Source of the DNA: an uncultured Devosia sp. | Lineage (GTDB): Bacteria > Pseudomonadota > Alphaproteobacteria > Rhizobiales > Devosiaceae | Length of the DNA stretch: 56,926 nucleotides | Direction: 5' to 3' | Assembly (NCBI GenBank): GCA_965650055.1 | Contig: CBFGMY010000001.1 | Location: 1 to 56,926, forward strand | Part shown: piece by piece, positions 47,554 to 55,316 of the stretch | Numbering within the stretch: position 1 is the first letter of the stretch | Layout of the letters: each line of letters opens with the position of its first letter | Program-made: the position numbers and the translations under genes | Notes under the pieces: generated by a model | Told to the model about the DNA's origin: nothing | The model's database searches: none | Seen by the model: the letters and a program-made list of their open reading frames with translations, nothing else

Positions 47554-47641
47554 AGACCTCATGGTGAGCTTGTCGAAGCACGAGGTCGGGCACGCAAATC
47601 CTGCCACGACCTCGTGGTTCGACGGGCTCAGGATGAGGTCT
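47554..47641. repeat. long imperfect palindromic element (REP/RPE-like)
   Basis: AGACCTCATGGTGAGCTTGTCGAAGCACGAGGTCG ... CGACCTCGTGGTTCGACGGGCTCAGGATGAGGTCT, arms of about 35 bp. Confidence 0.75.
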
Positions 47642-47664
47642 ACTGATAGTTCCGCAGCTCGCCA

Positions 47665-48717
47665 TCAGTTCACCTTCCCTGCCCGGTTCGACACGACCAG
47701 GAGCCAGAGCAGGAAGCCGGCGCCGAAGACGCCGGTGACGACGCCGACCGGCAATTGCACCATGGGCAGGGCGTGCTGGGCGACGAGGTCGGAGCCCAGC
47801 ATCACCAGCGCCCCGACGATGGCCGCCTGCACGAAGCCCTTGCCGCTGCCGGCGAGCAGGTTGCGGGCGATGGGACCGGCGACGAAGGCCACGAAGGTCA
47901 CCGGGCCGACAGCGGCCGTAGCGAAGGCCGCGTAGGCCACGCCGACCACGATCAGGCCCAGGCGAACCATTTCCACCCGGGCGCCGAGCGCGGTGGCGGT
48001 GTCGTCGCCCAGTTGCATGGCGTCGAGCGCGCGGACCAGGAACACCGTGGCGGGCAGCAATACGGCCAGCGCAACTGCGAGGCTCACAATGTCGGCGCTG
48101 CTCGAGGCATTGAGGCTGCCGATGAGCCAGCCCAGCGCCTGCTGCACCTCGAAGAGCCGGGCGCGGGTGAAGAGATAGGACATGATCGCCGACATGATGG
48201 CGGCCATGCCGATGCCCATCAGCACCACGCGATAGGCGGTGACGCCGCCGCGCCATGACAGGGCGTAGATGACCAGGGCGGTGAGGATCGCACCCGCCAG
48301 TGCGCCGAGCGACACGGCGACGCCCGACAGGCCCAGCGCGATGATGCAGAACACCGCCGCGGCGCTGGCGCCGTGCGAAATGCCGATAATGTCAGGGCTG
48401 GCCAAGGGGTTACGCAGAAGCGTTTGGAAAATGATCCCGCTCAGCGCGAAGGACAGTCCGGTGAGTACCGCCAGGGTGGCGCGCGGCAGGCGCACATTGA
48501 GCACGATGAAGTCGATGCCCTTGTCGACGTGACCGGTGAAGGGCGACAGCAGGGAGCGCACCACTTCGCCGGCGGGCACATGATAGTCCCCCAGATAGAG
48601 CGCGGCGGCAAAGGTCAGCGCCAGCAGGACCAGCAAAGCCAGCGTCACCAGCCGGCGGCGGGCCGCCAGGCGTTGGCGGATGTGGCGGACGGTGATGGCT
48701 GCGTCGAGCGAGGACAT
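47665..48717 (-). CDS. iron-siderophore ABC permease (FecCD/FepG-like)
   Basis: VRLPR, RNPLASPDIIG, LGDDTATALG, LPVGVVT; start placed at ATG 48717 (TGATG overlap). Confidence 0.9.
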   Translation of the reverse strand: MSSLDAAITVRHIRQRLAARRRLVTLALLVLLALTFAAALYLGDYHVPAGEVVRSLLSPFTGHVDKGIDFIVLNVRLPRATLAVLTGLSFALSGIIFQTLLRNPLASPDIIGISHGASAAAVFCIIALGLSGVAVSLGALAGAILTALVIYALSWRGGVTAYRVVLMGIGMAAIMSAIMSYLFTRARLFEVQQALGWLIGSLNASSSADIVSLAVALAVLLPATVFLVRALDAMQLGDDTATALGARVEMVRLGLIVVGVAYAAFATAAVGPVTFVAFVAGPIARNLLAGSGKGFVQAAIVGALVMLGSDLVAQHALPMVQLPVGVVTGVFGAGFLLWLLVVSNRAGKVN

Positions 48718-49748
48718 CAGAGCGTCGCCAGCTTGCGGCGCCGCACCAGGGCAATGAAGACCGGCGCGCCGAGAAACGCGGTGACGATGCCCACCTGCAC
48801 TTCGCCCGGCGGGGCGATGACGCGGCCGATGACATCGGCTGACAGCAACAGGATGGGCGCCAGCAGCATGGAATAGGGCAGGATCCAGCGATAGTTGGGG
48901 CCGGTAGCGGCTCGGGCCATATGCGGCACGGTGAGGCCGACAAAGGCGATGGGGCCCGCCGCGGCGGTGGCGGCACCGGAGAGGATCACGGCCGCGAGCC
49001 CGGCTATGGCGCGCGAGCGGCCGACATTCTGGCCCAGCGCCCGGGCCACATCCTCGCCCATCGAAAGTCCATCGAGCATGCGGCCACTGGCCAGCGCCAG
49101 CACGATGCCGGTAGCGAGGAACGGGGCCACCTGCACGAGGATGTCCATATCGCGTCCGGCCAGCGAGCCCACCTGCCAGAAGCGGATTTCGTCGAGCGTA
49201 CGCGGGCTGGTGAGGAGGACCGCTGACGTGACCGACTGCATGGCGGCTGTCATGGCCGCGCCAGCCAGCGCCAGCTTGATGGGGGTCGCGCCCTCGCGGC
49301 CGAGCGAGGCCACCGCATAGACCACCAGCATGGCGACACCGGCGCCGATAAAGGCCAGCCAGACATAGAGGCTGAGCTGGGTGATGCCGAATACGGCAAC
49401 GCCCAGCACGACGAAGACGGCGGCGCCGGAATGGATGCCCAGAATGGAGGGATCGGCCAGCGGGTTGCGCGTGGCGCCCTGCAACACGGCGCCGGACAGA
49501 CCCAGGGCGGCGCCGACGCCGAGGCCAATGATGGTCCGCGGCAGGCGCAGGTCCCAGATGATCCGGTGATCGGTCGAGGTCGGATCGTAGGCCGTGAGTG
49601 CCGACCAAACGGTTTCGAGCGTGATCGGCCGGGCACCGACAGTGATAGAGAGGAAGGCGACGAGCACTGCCGCCATGACAAGGCAGAGGAGACCGAACGC
49701 GCGTGCGGCCCCCCTGGTCTTCATGGCGCTGGCTGGCGTCTCGCCCAT
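48717..49748 (-). CDS. iron-siderophore ABC permease (FecCD/FepD-like)
   Basis: LRLPRT, RNPLADPSILG, GEDVARALG, GPIAFVGL. Confidence 0.9.
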   Translation of the reverse strand: MGETPASAMKTRGAARAFGLLCLVMAAVLVAFLSITVGARPITLETVWSALTAYDPTSTDHRIIWDLRLPRTIIGLGVGAALGLSGAVLQGATRNPLADPSILGIHSGAAVFVVLGVAVFGITQLSLYVWLAFIGAGVAMLVVYAVASLGREGATPIKLALAGAAMTAAMQSVTSAVLLTSPRTLDEIRFWQVGSLAGRDMDILVQVAPFLATGIVLALASGRMLDGLSMGEDVARALGQNVGRSRAIAGLAAVILSGAATAAAGPIAFVGLTVPHMARAATGPNYRWILPYSMLLAPILLLSADVIGRVIAPPGEVQVGIVTAFLGAPVFIALVRRRKLATL

Positions 49749-49750
49749 GC

Positions 49751-50701
49751 CTATTGCGTCAGGTTCTCGTCGGCGGCGCTGATGGCCGCCGTGAGCTTAT
49801 CCAGCTCAGCGGCATAGGCGCGATAGTTGCGCAGCCAGAAGGCCGGCCAGTCTGCGACGGCACCCGCCTCGGCCGCCTTCATCAGCGTCCAGGTCGGCTG
49901 CGCCAGGGCGGTTTCCATGGTGGCGGCCTGGCGATTGTCTACCAGGATCAGGTCCGGCTGATACTTGTCGGTATTTTCCCAGGAGAGGGTTTCCCAATAG
50001 CCGCGATCGTCGGCGATTTCGGGGTCGATGAGGTTGAGGCCCCAGCTCTTGAAATCCACCAATTCGGCGGCGCCGGCGGTCGCAGCGACATAAAGAGCGT
50101 CGTCACCGGCCCAGACGGCCAGCGCGGTGAGGTCGGGCTTGGCCGCCGTGGCGGACTTGAAGGCGGCGAGCGCGGTTTCGAAGGCGGCCTTGTCCGCGGC
50201 GATTTCCGGCTTGCTCAGGTCGGCGCCGAGGCCGGTGGCCAGCGCTTCATAATCCTCGATGAGCGCGAGGATGGAGTCGCCCTGGGGGACGCCAGTGATG
50301 GGAGCCAGCGGGCTCAGGGCGTTGACGACATCCTCGCCGCCGCTCCAGGCGCTGTCGAGCGGCCAATATTCGGCGATGACGAGATCGGGGGCCAAAGCCG
50401 CCGCCTTCTCGATATCCACCTCGCCCCAGGCCTGGCCGATGATCTCGATGCCGGTGAGATCGAGACCCTGCAGGGCCTTGGCGTCGGCAACGGGGCTATC
50501 GGCATAGATGCCGACCGGGCGAATGCCGAGCGGGATCAGGCCGGCAGCGGCGTCCTGGCTGGCGATGATCCGCGTGGGCACTGCGTCGAGCGTCACGGTA
50601 TTGCCGGTGCCGTCGGTGTAGCTCCACGGCTCGGCGGAAGCGGCCACCGGCGACACGGCCAGGGCAGCAAAAACGAGGGATGTCAGAAACTTGGCGGTCA
50701 T
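49751..50701 (-). CDS. iron-siderophore ABC substrate-binding protein
   Basis: Signal peptide, YTDGTG..V.L...PTRI, DIEKAAALAPDLVI. Confidence 0.85.
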   Translation of the reverse strand: MTAKFLTSLVFAALAVSPVAASAEPWSYTDGTGNTVTLDAVPTRIIASQDAAAGLIPLGIRPVGIYADSPVADAKALQGLDLTGIEIIGQAWGEVDIEKAAALAPDLVIAEYWPLDSAWSGGEDVVNALSPLAPITGVPQGDSILALIEDYEALATGLGADLSKPEIAADKAAFETALAAFKSATAAKPDLTALAVWAGDDALYVAATAGAAELVDFKSWGLNLIDPEIADDRGYWETLSWENTDKYQPDLILVDNRQAATMETALAQPTWTLMKAAEAGAVADWPAFWLRNYRAYAAELDKLTAAISAADENLTQ

Positions 50702-50742
50702 GGCGGCCTCGAACGGGTGTTCGGGTCTTCCTAGCGGCCATT

Positions 50743-50765
50743 AAGATGAGGCGTCAAGTCATGTT
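50743..50765. promoter_or_regulatory. iron-responsive operator (RirA IRO-like, TGA-N9-TCA)
   Basis: AAGATGA-GGCGTCAAG-TCATGTT near-palindrome about 45 bp upstream of the iron SBP start. Confidence 0.6.
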
Positions 50766-50839
50766 ATCCGTTCGCGCCACAAGCAAAGGCGGAGCGCCGG
50801 CTCCGCCTCTTCCGATATGTCGTTGACCGTGGCTCGGCG

Positions 50840-52075
50840 TCAGGCCGGCTTGCGATACTGATAGATGCCGACGTCGATCGAGCCTTCGGTGAAGCCGGCC
50901 TCGCAATAGCTGAGGTAATAGACCCACTTGCGCTTGAACTCTTCGTCATAGCCAAGCGGGGCGATCATCGGCCAACGCTCGAGGAAGCGTTCGCGCCAGA
51001 GCTTGAGCGTGCGTGCATAGCTGAGGCGGAAGGTCTCGACGTTTTCCAGCACGAGATTGTACTTGTCGCCGAACTCCTTCATCACCGTCTTGGTCAGCAG
51101 CATGCCGCCCGGGAAGATGTAGCGCTGGATGAAGTCGGGACCGCTGCGATAGCCGTCAAAATCGGCCTCGTTGATGGTGATGGCCTGGATGGACGCAGTG
51201 CCGCCGGGCTTCAGCCGATCGTGGATGGTCTGGAAGTAGCTCGGCCAGTTGTCCTCGCCCACCGCCTCGATCATCTCGATGGAGCCAATATGGTCGTACT
51301 GGCCTTCGGTGTGGCGGTAATCCTCGAAAACCAGCGTAGCGTATTGATCGAGCCCCTGCCGCGCCAGCCGCTCAAGCCCGAACTTGAGCTGCTCGGCCGA
51401 CAGGGTGATGCCGCGCAGGTTGGCCTTGTAGTCGCGCGCCACGGTCTCGGCGAAGCCGCCCCAGCCACAGCCGATTTCGAGCACGGACGAACCTTCGGTC
51501 ACCCCAGCCATATCGGCGACGCGACGATACTTGGCCAGTTGCGCCTCTTCGAGGCTCTGGTCGCCGGAGGTGAAGACCGCCGACGAATAGGTCATCGAGG
51601 GGTCGAGCCACTGCCCATAGAAGTCGTTGCCCAAGTCGTAGTGTTCGGCAATGTTCTTCTTGGAGCCTTCGAGCGTATTGCGGCGCGACAGGTGATAGTG
51701 CAGATCGCCCGCCGCGCGGCGGAAGAAGCCCGGATTGGCATTCTCGAACATGTCGCGATTCTGCAGGAAGAAGCGGAACAGCCCAGTCAGGTCATCGACC
51801 TCGATGTCGCCGGCCATATAGGCGGAGGCAAAGCCAACGGTGCCACGCTGCATGGCTTCGCTCAGCACCCGGAAATTGTTCAACCGCAGCACCGCGTGTT
51901 CGCCGGTTGCCGGATTGCCGACGGTGCGCGTGCGGCCATTGGGGAAGATGACGGTCAGCGCGCCATGGCGGGGTTTGCCGATCAGCGCGACGCCAATGCG
52001 CTCGACTGCCCATGAGGCGAAACTGGTCCAGGGCGTTACGCCGGTATTGGTGTTTTCAGCTACGGATTTGGTCAT
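50840..52075 (-). CDS. cyclopropane-fatty-acyl-phospholipid synthase family SAM methyltransferase
   Basis: NIAEHYDLGNDFY, MTYSSA, LEIGCGWG, SIEMIEAVG, FIQRYIFPGG, YLSYCEAGF. Confidence 0.9.
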   Translation of the reverse strand: MTKSVAENTNTGVTPWTSFASWAVERIGVALIGKPRHGALTVIFPNGRTRTVGNPATGEHAVLRLNNFRVLSEAMQRGTVGFASAYMAGDIEVDDLTGLFRFFLQNRDMFENANPGFFRRAAGDLHYHLSRRNTLEGSKKNIAEHYDLGNDFYGQWLDPSMTYSSAVFTSGDQSLEEAQLAKYRRVADMAGVTEGSSVLEIGCGWGGFAETVARDYKANLRGITLSAEQLKFGLERLARQGLDQYATLVFEDYRHTEGQYDHIGSIEMIEAVGEDNWPSYFQTIHDRLKPGGTASIQAITINEADFDGYRSGPDFIQRYIFPGGMLLTKTVMKEFGDKYNLVLENVETFRLSYARTLKLWRERFLERWPMIAPLGYDEEFKRKWVYYLSYCEAGFTEGSIDVGIYQYRKPA

Positions 52076-52265
52076 CGTGCCGCTTGATCCAAATTAATAA
52101 CCTGGTGGCAGCGCTTGCGCGACCGCCTCAATCTGAGCGTCGGTGGCACAGCAATATGCGGTGAAAAACAGCGCGTCCCCAAGCATGCCCACACCCACAC
52201 TCTAGCGGTCATAAATGGATATGCAAGCAGCAGTTTCAATAGGCTAGCGCCGCCCGGAGCGTAGG

Positions 52266-54056
52266 CTAGGCCTTGGGTCTGGCCAGATCGGTCAGGCGAA
52301 ACTGCACCTGTTCGCGGCCCTGGTAGTGGTCGATCGAGAGCGAGCCGGCGAAGTGGAATGCCGAGTCGCCATCGCGCAGCAGGGCATCGCCGATGGCGGT
52401 GTTGGCGGCGCGGAAAGCAATGGCCTTGAGGCGGGCGCCGTCCTCCGAGATGAGGGCAAAGCTCACATGGCCGCCCTTGCCGACAACCTGGGCGAACTTG
52501 GCCCGGTGGGCGGGGAAGGCGAAGACCGGTCCGGGATTGCCGGCGCCGAAGGGCCCTGCCCGCTCCAGATCATGCACCAGATCGAGGCTGGCGCCGCGGG
52601 CGGTCAGCGCCGCGTCGACCGACAGCGCGGTGGCTGCTCGCGCGGCGCCGACATCCACTGAAAGCGCTTCGGCGAGGAAGGAGCGGAACGGGCCGAGCTG
52701 CCCCGCCTTGATGGTGACGCCGGCCGCCATGGCGTGGCCACCACCCTTGGCGATCAACCCGCGGTCCACCGCCTCGATGACGGCCCGGCCAAGATCAACG
52801 CCCGGCATGGACCGCCCCGAGCCGGTACCGGCGCCGTCGGGCCCCAGCGCGATGGCAAAGGTGGGCCGCTCGAAGCGCTCGCGCAGGCGGGCGGCGATGA
52901 GGCCGGCGACGCCCGGATGCCAATTGGCGGAAGCAAGCACCAGCACCGGCGGCCCCTCGCCGCTACCGATTTCGAGTTCGGCGACCGCAGCCGCCTCTTC
53001 CACGGCTTCCACCTCGATGCGCTGGCGTTCGGTGTTGAGTTCATCGAGCCGCGCGGCAAGGGCGAGGGCATGATGCTCGTCGTCGATGGTCAGCAGTTCC
53101 GTGCCCATGGCGGCATTGCCGATGCGGCCGCCGGCATTGATGCGCGGGCCGATGAGAAAGCCCAGGTGATAAGGACTGATCGGGCCGCTGAGCCGCGCTG
53201 CCAAAGCCAGGGCGGCTATGCCCTTGTTGTCGCCGCGCCGGGCGACTTCGAGGCCGCGCACCACAAAGGCGCGATTGAGCCCGGTGAGCGGCACCACGTC
53301 GCAGACCGTGGCCAGCGCCACCAGGTCGAGGAGTTTCAGCAGGTCCGGAAGGCCGGTATCGCCGCGCTGGCGCAAGGTGCGGTTGACCGCCACCAGCACC
53401 ATGAACGTGACCCCGGCGGCACAGAGATAGCCGAGCCCCGAAATGTCGTCGGGCCGGTTGGGATTGACCAAAGCCGTGGCCTCGGGCAGCGCGTGATCGC
53501 TCAGGTGATGGTCGACGACCAGCACATCGGCGCCCCGGCTCCGCGCATGGGCGATGGGGCCGTCGCTGGTGGTGCCGCAATCGAGGGTGATGATGATCGT
53601 GGCACCGGCATCGATCAGCTTGTCCATGGCCGCGATATTGGGGCCGTAGCCCTCGAAGATGCGGTCTGGAATATGCACCTGCGGCTCGATGCCGAAGTGG
53701 CGCAGGTAGCGCGCCATCAGCGCGCAGGAACAGGCGCCATCAACGTCGTAGTCACCGAATAGCGCAATGGCCTCGTTGTCGGTGATAGCCTTCGCCAGAC
53801 GGTCAGCCAGCGCGTCCATCGCTGATAGCGTGGAGGGGTCGGGCATCAGCCCACGAATGGTGGGTTCCAGGTAGGTCTCGGCTTCATCGAGGCCGACACC
53901 ACGGGCCGCGATCACGCGGGCAAGAATCTCGGAAATGCCCGTGCGCTGCGAGATGGCCGTCGCTATGCGGGTCGTCGTGCCATCCAGCCGGTCGATCCAC
54001 GCCCGGCCGGTGACCGACCTGGCAACATCGAGGAAAGGGCGCGGCGCATCGAGCAT
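52266..54056 (-). CDS. recJ: single-stranded-DNA exonuclease RecJ
   Basis: GDYDVDG, DCG, DHH, PRINAGGR, GGGHAMAAG, PFGAGNP. Confidence 0.96.
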   Translation of the reverse strand: MLDAPRPFLDVARSVTGRAWIDRLDGTTTRIATAISQRTGISEILARVIAARGVGLDEAETYLEPTIRGLMPDPSTLSAMDALADRLAKAITDNEAIALFGDYDVDGACSCALMARYLRHFGIEPQVHIPDRIFEGYGPNIAAMDKLIDAGATIIITLDCGTTSDGPIAHARSRGADVLVVDHHLSDHALPEATALVNPNRPDDISGLGYLCAAGVTFMVLVAVNRTLRQRGDTGLPDLLKLLDLVALATVCDVVPLTGLNRAFVVRGLEVARRGDNKGIAALALAARLSGPISPYHLGFLIGPRINAGGRIGNAAMGTELLTIDDEHHALALAARLDELNTERQRIEVEAVEEAAAVAELEIGSGEGPPVLVLASANWHPGVAGLIAARLRERFERPTFAIALGPDGAGTGSGRSMPGVDLGRAVIEAVDRGLIAKGGGHAMAAGVTIKAGQLGPFRSFLAEALSVDVGAARAATALSVDAALTARGASLDLVHDLERAGPFGAGNPGPVFAFPAHRAKFAQVVGKGGHVSFALISEDGARLKAIAFRAANTAIGDALLRDGDSAFHFAGSLSIDHYQGREQVQFRLTDLARPKA

Positions 54057-54120
54057 GGGGGAGAGGTAGGCGATTTGGGGGATGCTGGGAAGGGGCTGAA
54101 CCTCGCGGCACCTCCGTCTT

Positions 54121-54273
54121 TCCTCTCCCGTTTACGGGAGAGGGGGACCGCCGACAGGCGGTGGAGAGGGGAGCAGCTTGCGCCAGGGCGGACGGGAGAA
54201 GCGGGGTTCGTGCATTTGGCACCCCCCTCCACCACGCTGCGCGTGGTCCCCCTCCCCCGCAGGCGGGGGAGGA
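54121..54273. repeat. inverted pair of alphaproteobacterial REP-like hairpin units (REPIN/MITE-like)
   Basis: TCCTCTCCCGTTTACGGGAGAGGGGGACCGCC...GGTGGAGAGGGG and its inverse CCCCCTCCACC...GGTCCCCCTCCCCCGCAGGCGGGGGAGGA; each unit has its own internal hairpins. Confidence 0.75.
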
Positions 54274-54291
54274 CAAGGGGGCCCCCACCCC

Positions 54292-55281
54292 CTACCGCGC
54301 GTGGCTCGCCTTGATCCACCGCACGGTCTGGCTCCAGGAGCGCATGACGATGGTGCTGGTCTGGACAGAATTGCGGCGCAGGCGGACGCCTTCGAGCAAA
54401 GTGCCGTCGGTGACGCCGGTGGCGGCCACCAGCACGTCGCCCGAGGCCAGTTCGCTGGCGTCATAGATGCGGTTGGGGTCCTCGATGCCCATGGCAAAGG
54501 CGCGCTCGCGCTTGGCCTGGGTGTCGAGGATCAGCTTGCCCTGCATCTGGCCGCCGATGCAGCGCAGGGCCGCAGCGGCCAGGACGCCCTCGGGTGCGCC
54601 GCCGGAACCCAGATAGATATCGATGCCGGTATCCTCGGTGTTGACCGCGTGGATTACGCCGGCAATGTCACCATCACTGATCAGCTTGACCCCGACGCCG
54701 GTGGTGCGGAGTTCCTCGATCAGGCCCGCGTGGCGCGGGCGATCGAGCACGATAGCGGTGATTTCGCTGAGCGGCACGCCCTTGGCCTGGGCCAGCGCCT
54801 TGACGTTTTCCGTGGCCGTCCAGTCGATATGGACGGTGCCGGGCGCATAGTCGGCGCCGATGGCGATCTTGTGCATGTAGACGTTGCGGGCGACGTTCAG
54901 CAGGCCACCGCGCTCGGCCATTGCGAGGACCACAATGGAATCGGGCTGGTTCTTGGCGCAGAGGGTGACACCCTCCAGCGGATCGACAGCGATATCGACC
55001 TCGGGGCCCTGCCCGGCTCCGACAGACTGGCCGATGAACAGCTCATCGCACTCGTTTTCCTCGCCTTCGCCGATGACGATACGGCCGGAAATGGCGACGC
55101 TGTCGAGCTCAGCCTTCATCGCCTTGACGGCAGCCTCGTCGGCGGCTTGCTCGTTGCCCTTGCCGCGCCATTCGGCGGCGGCGATGGCGGCGCGCTCGGT
55201 AACGCGCACCAGTTCCAGGGTCAGGCTGCGGTGGAGATTGGCGGGGCTCTTGTCGCCCTCGACCTTGCTCAGTCTCATCAT
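54292..55281 (-). CDS. glpX: class II fructose-1,6-bisphosphatase (divergent active site)
   Basis: RVTERAA, VIGEGE, VDPLEG, LDRPRH, DGD, GGAPEGVLAAAAL; hom-glpX-recJ order. Confidence 0.88.
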   Translation of the reverse strand: MMRLSKVEGDKSPANLHRSLTLELVRVTERAAIAAAEWRGKGNEQAADEAAVKAMKAELDSVAISGRIVIGEGEENECDELFIGQSVGAGQGPEVDIAVDPLEGVTLCAKNQPDSIVVLAMAERGGLLNVARNVYMHKIAIGADYAPGTVHIDWTATENVKALAQAKGVPLSEITAIVLDRPRHAGLIEELRTTGVGVKLISDGDIAGVIHAVNTEDTGIDIYLGSGGAPEGVLAAAALRCIGGQMQGKLILDTQAKRERAFAMGIEDPNRIYDASELASGDVLVAATGVTDGTLLEGVRLRRNSVQTSTIVMRSWSQTVRWIKASHAR

Positions 55282-55316
55282 TCCTCCCGGGGGCCCGATT
55301 TGCCCCGCAGGGGATA

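Noticed and set aside
47665..49608. 647-aa ORF suggesting a fused or extended permease
   Set aside because: The N-terminal part is an alternative frame over the upstream permease; the real start is ATG 48717 with a TGATG overlap.
52076..52265. Possible structured RNA upstream of the CFA-type methyltransferase
   Set aside because: Only a weak hairpin, not distinguishable from an ordinary promoter region.
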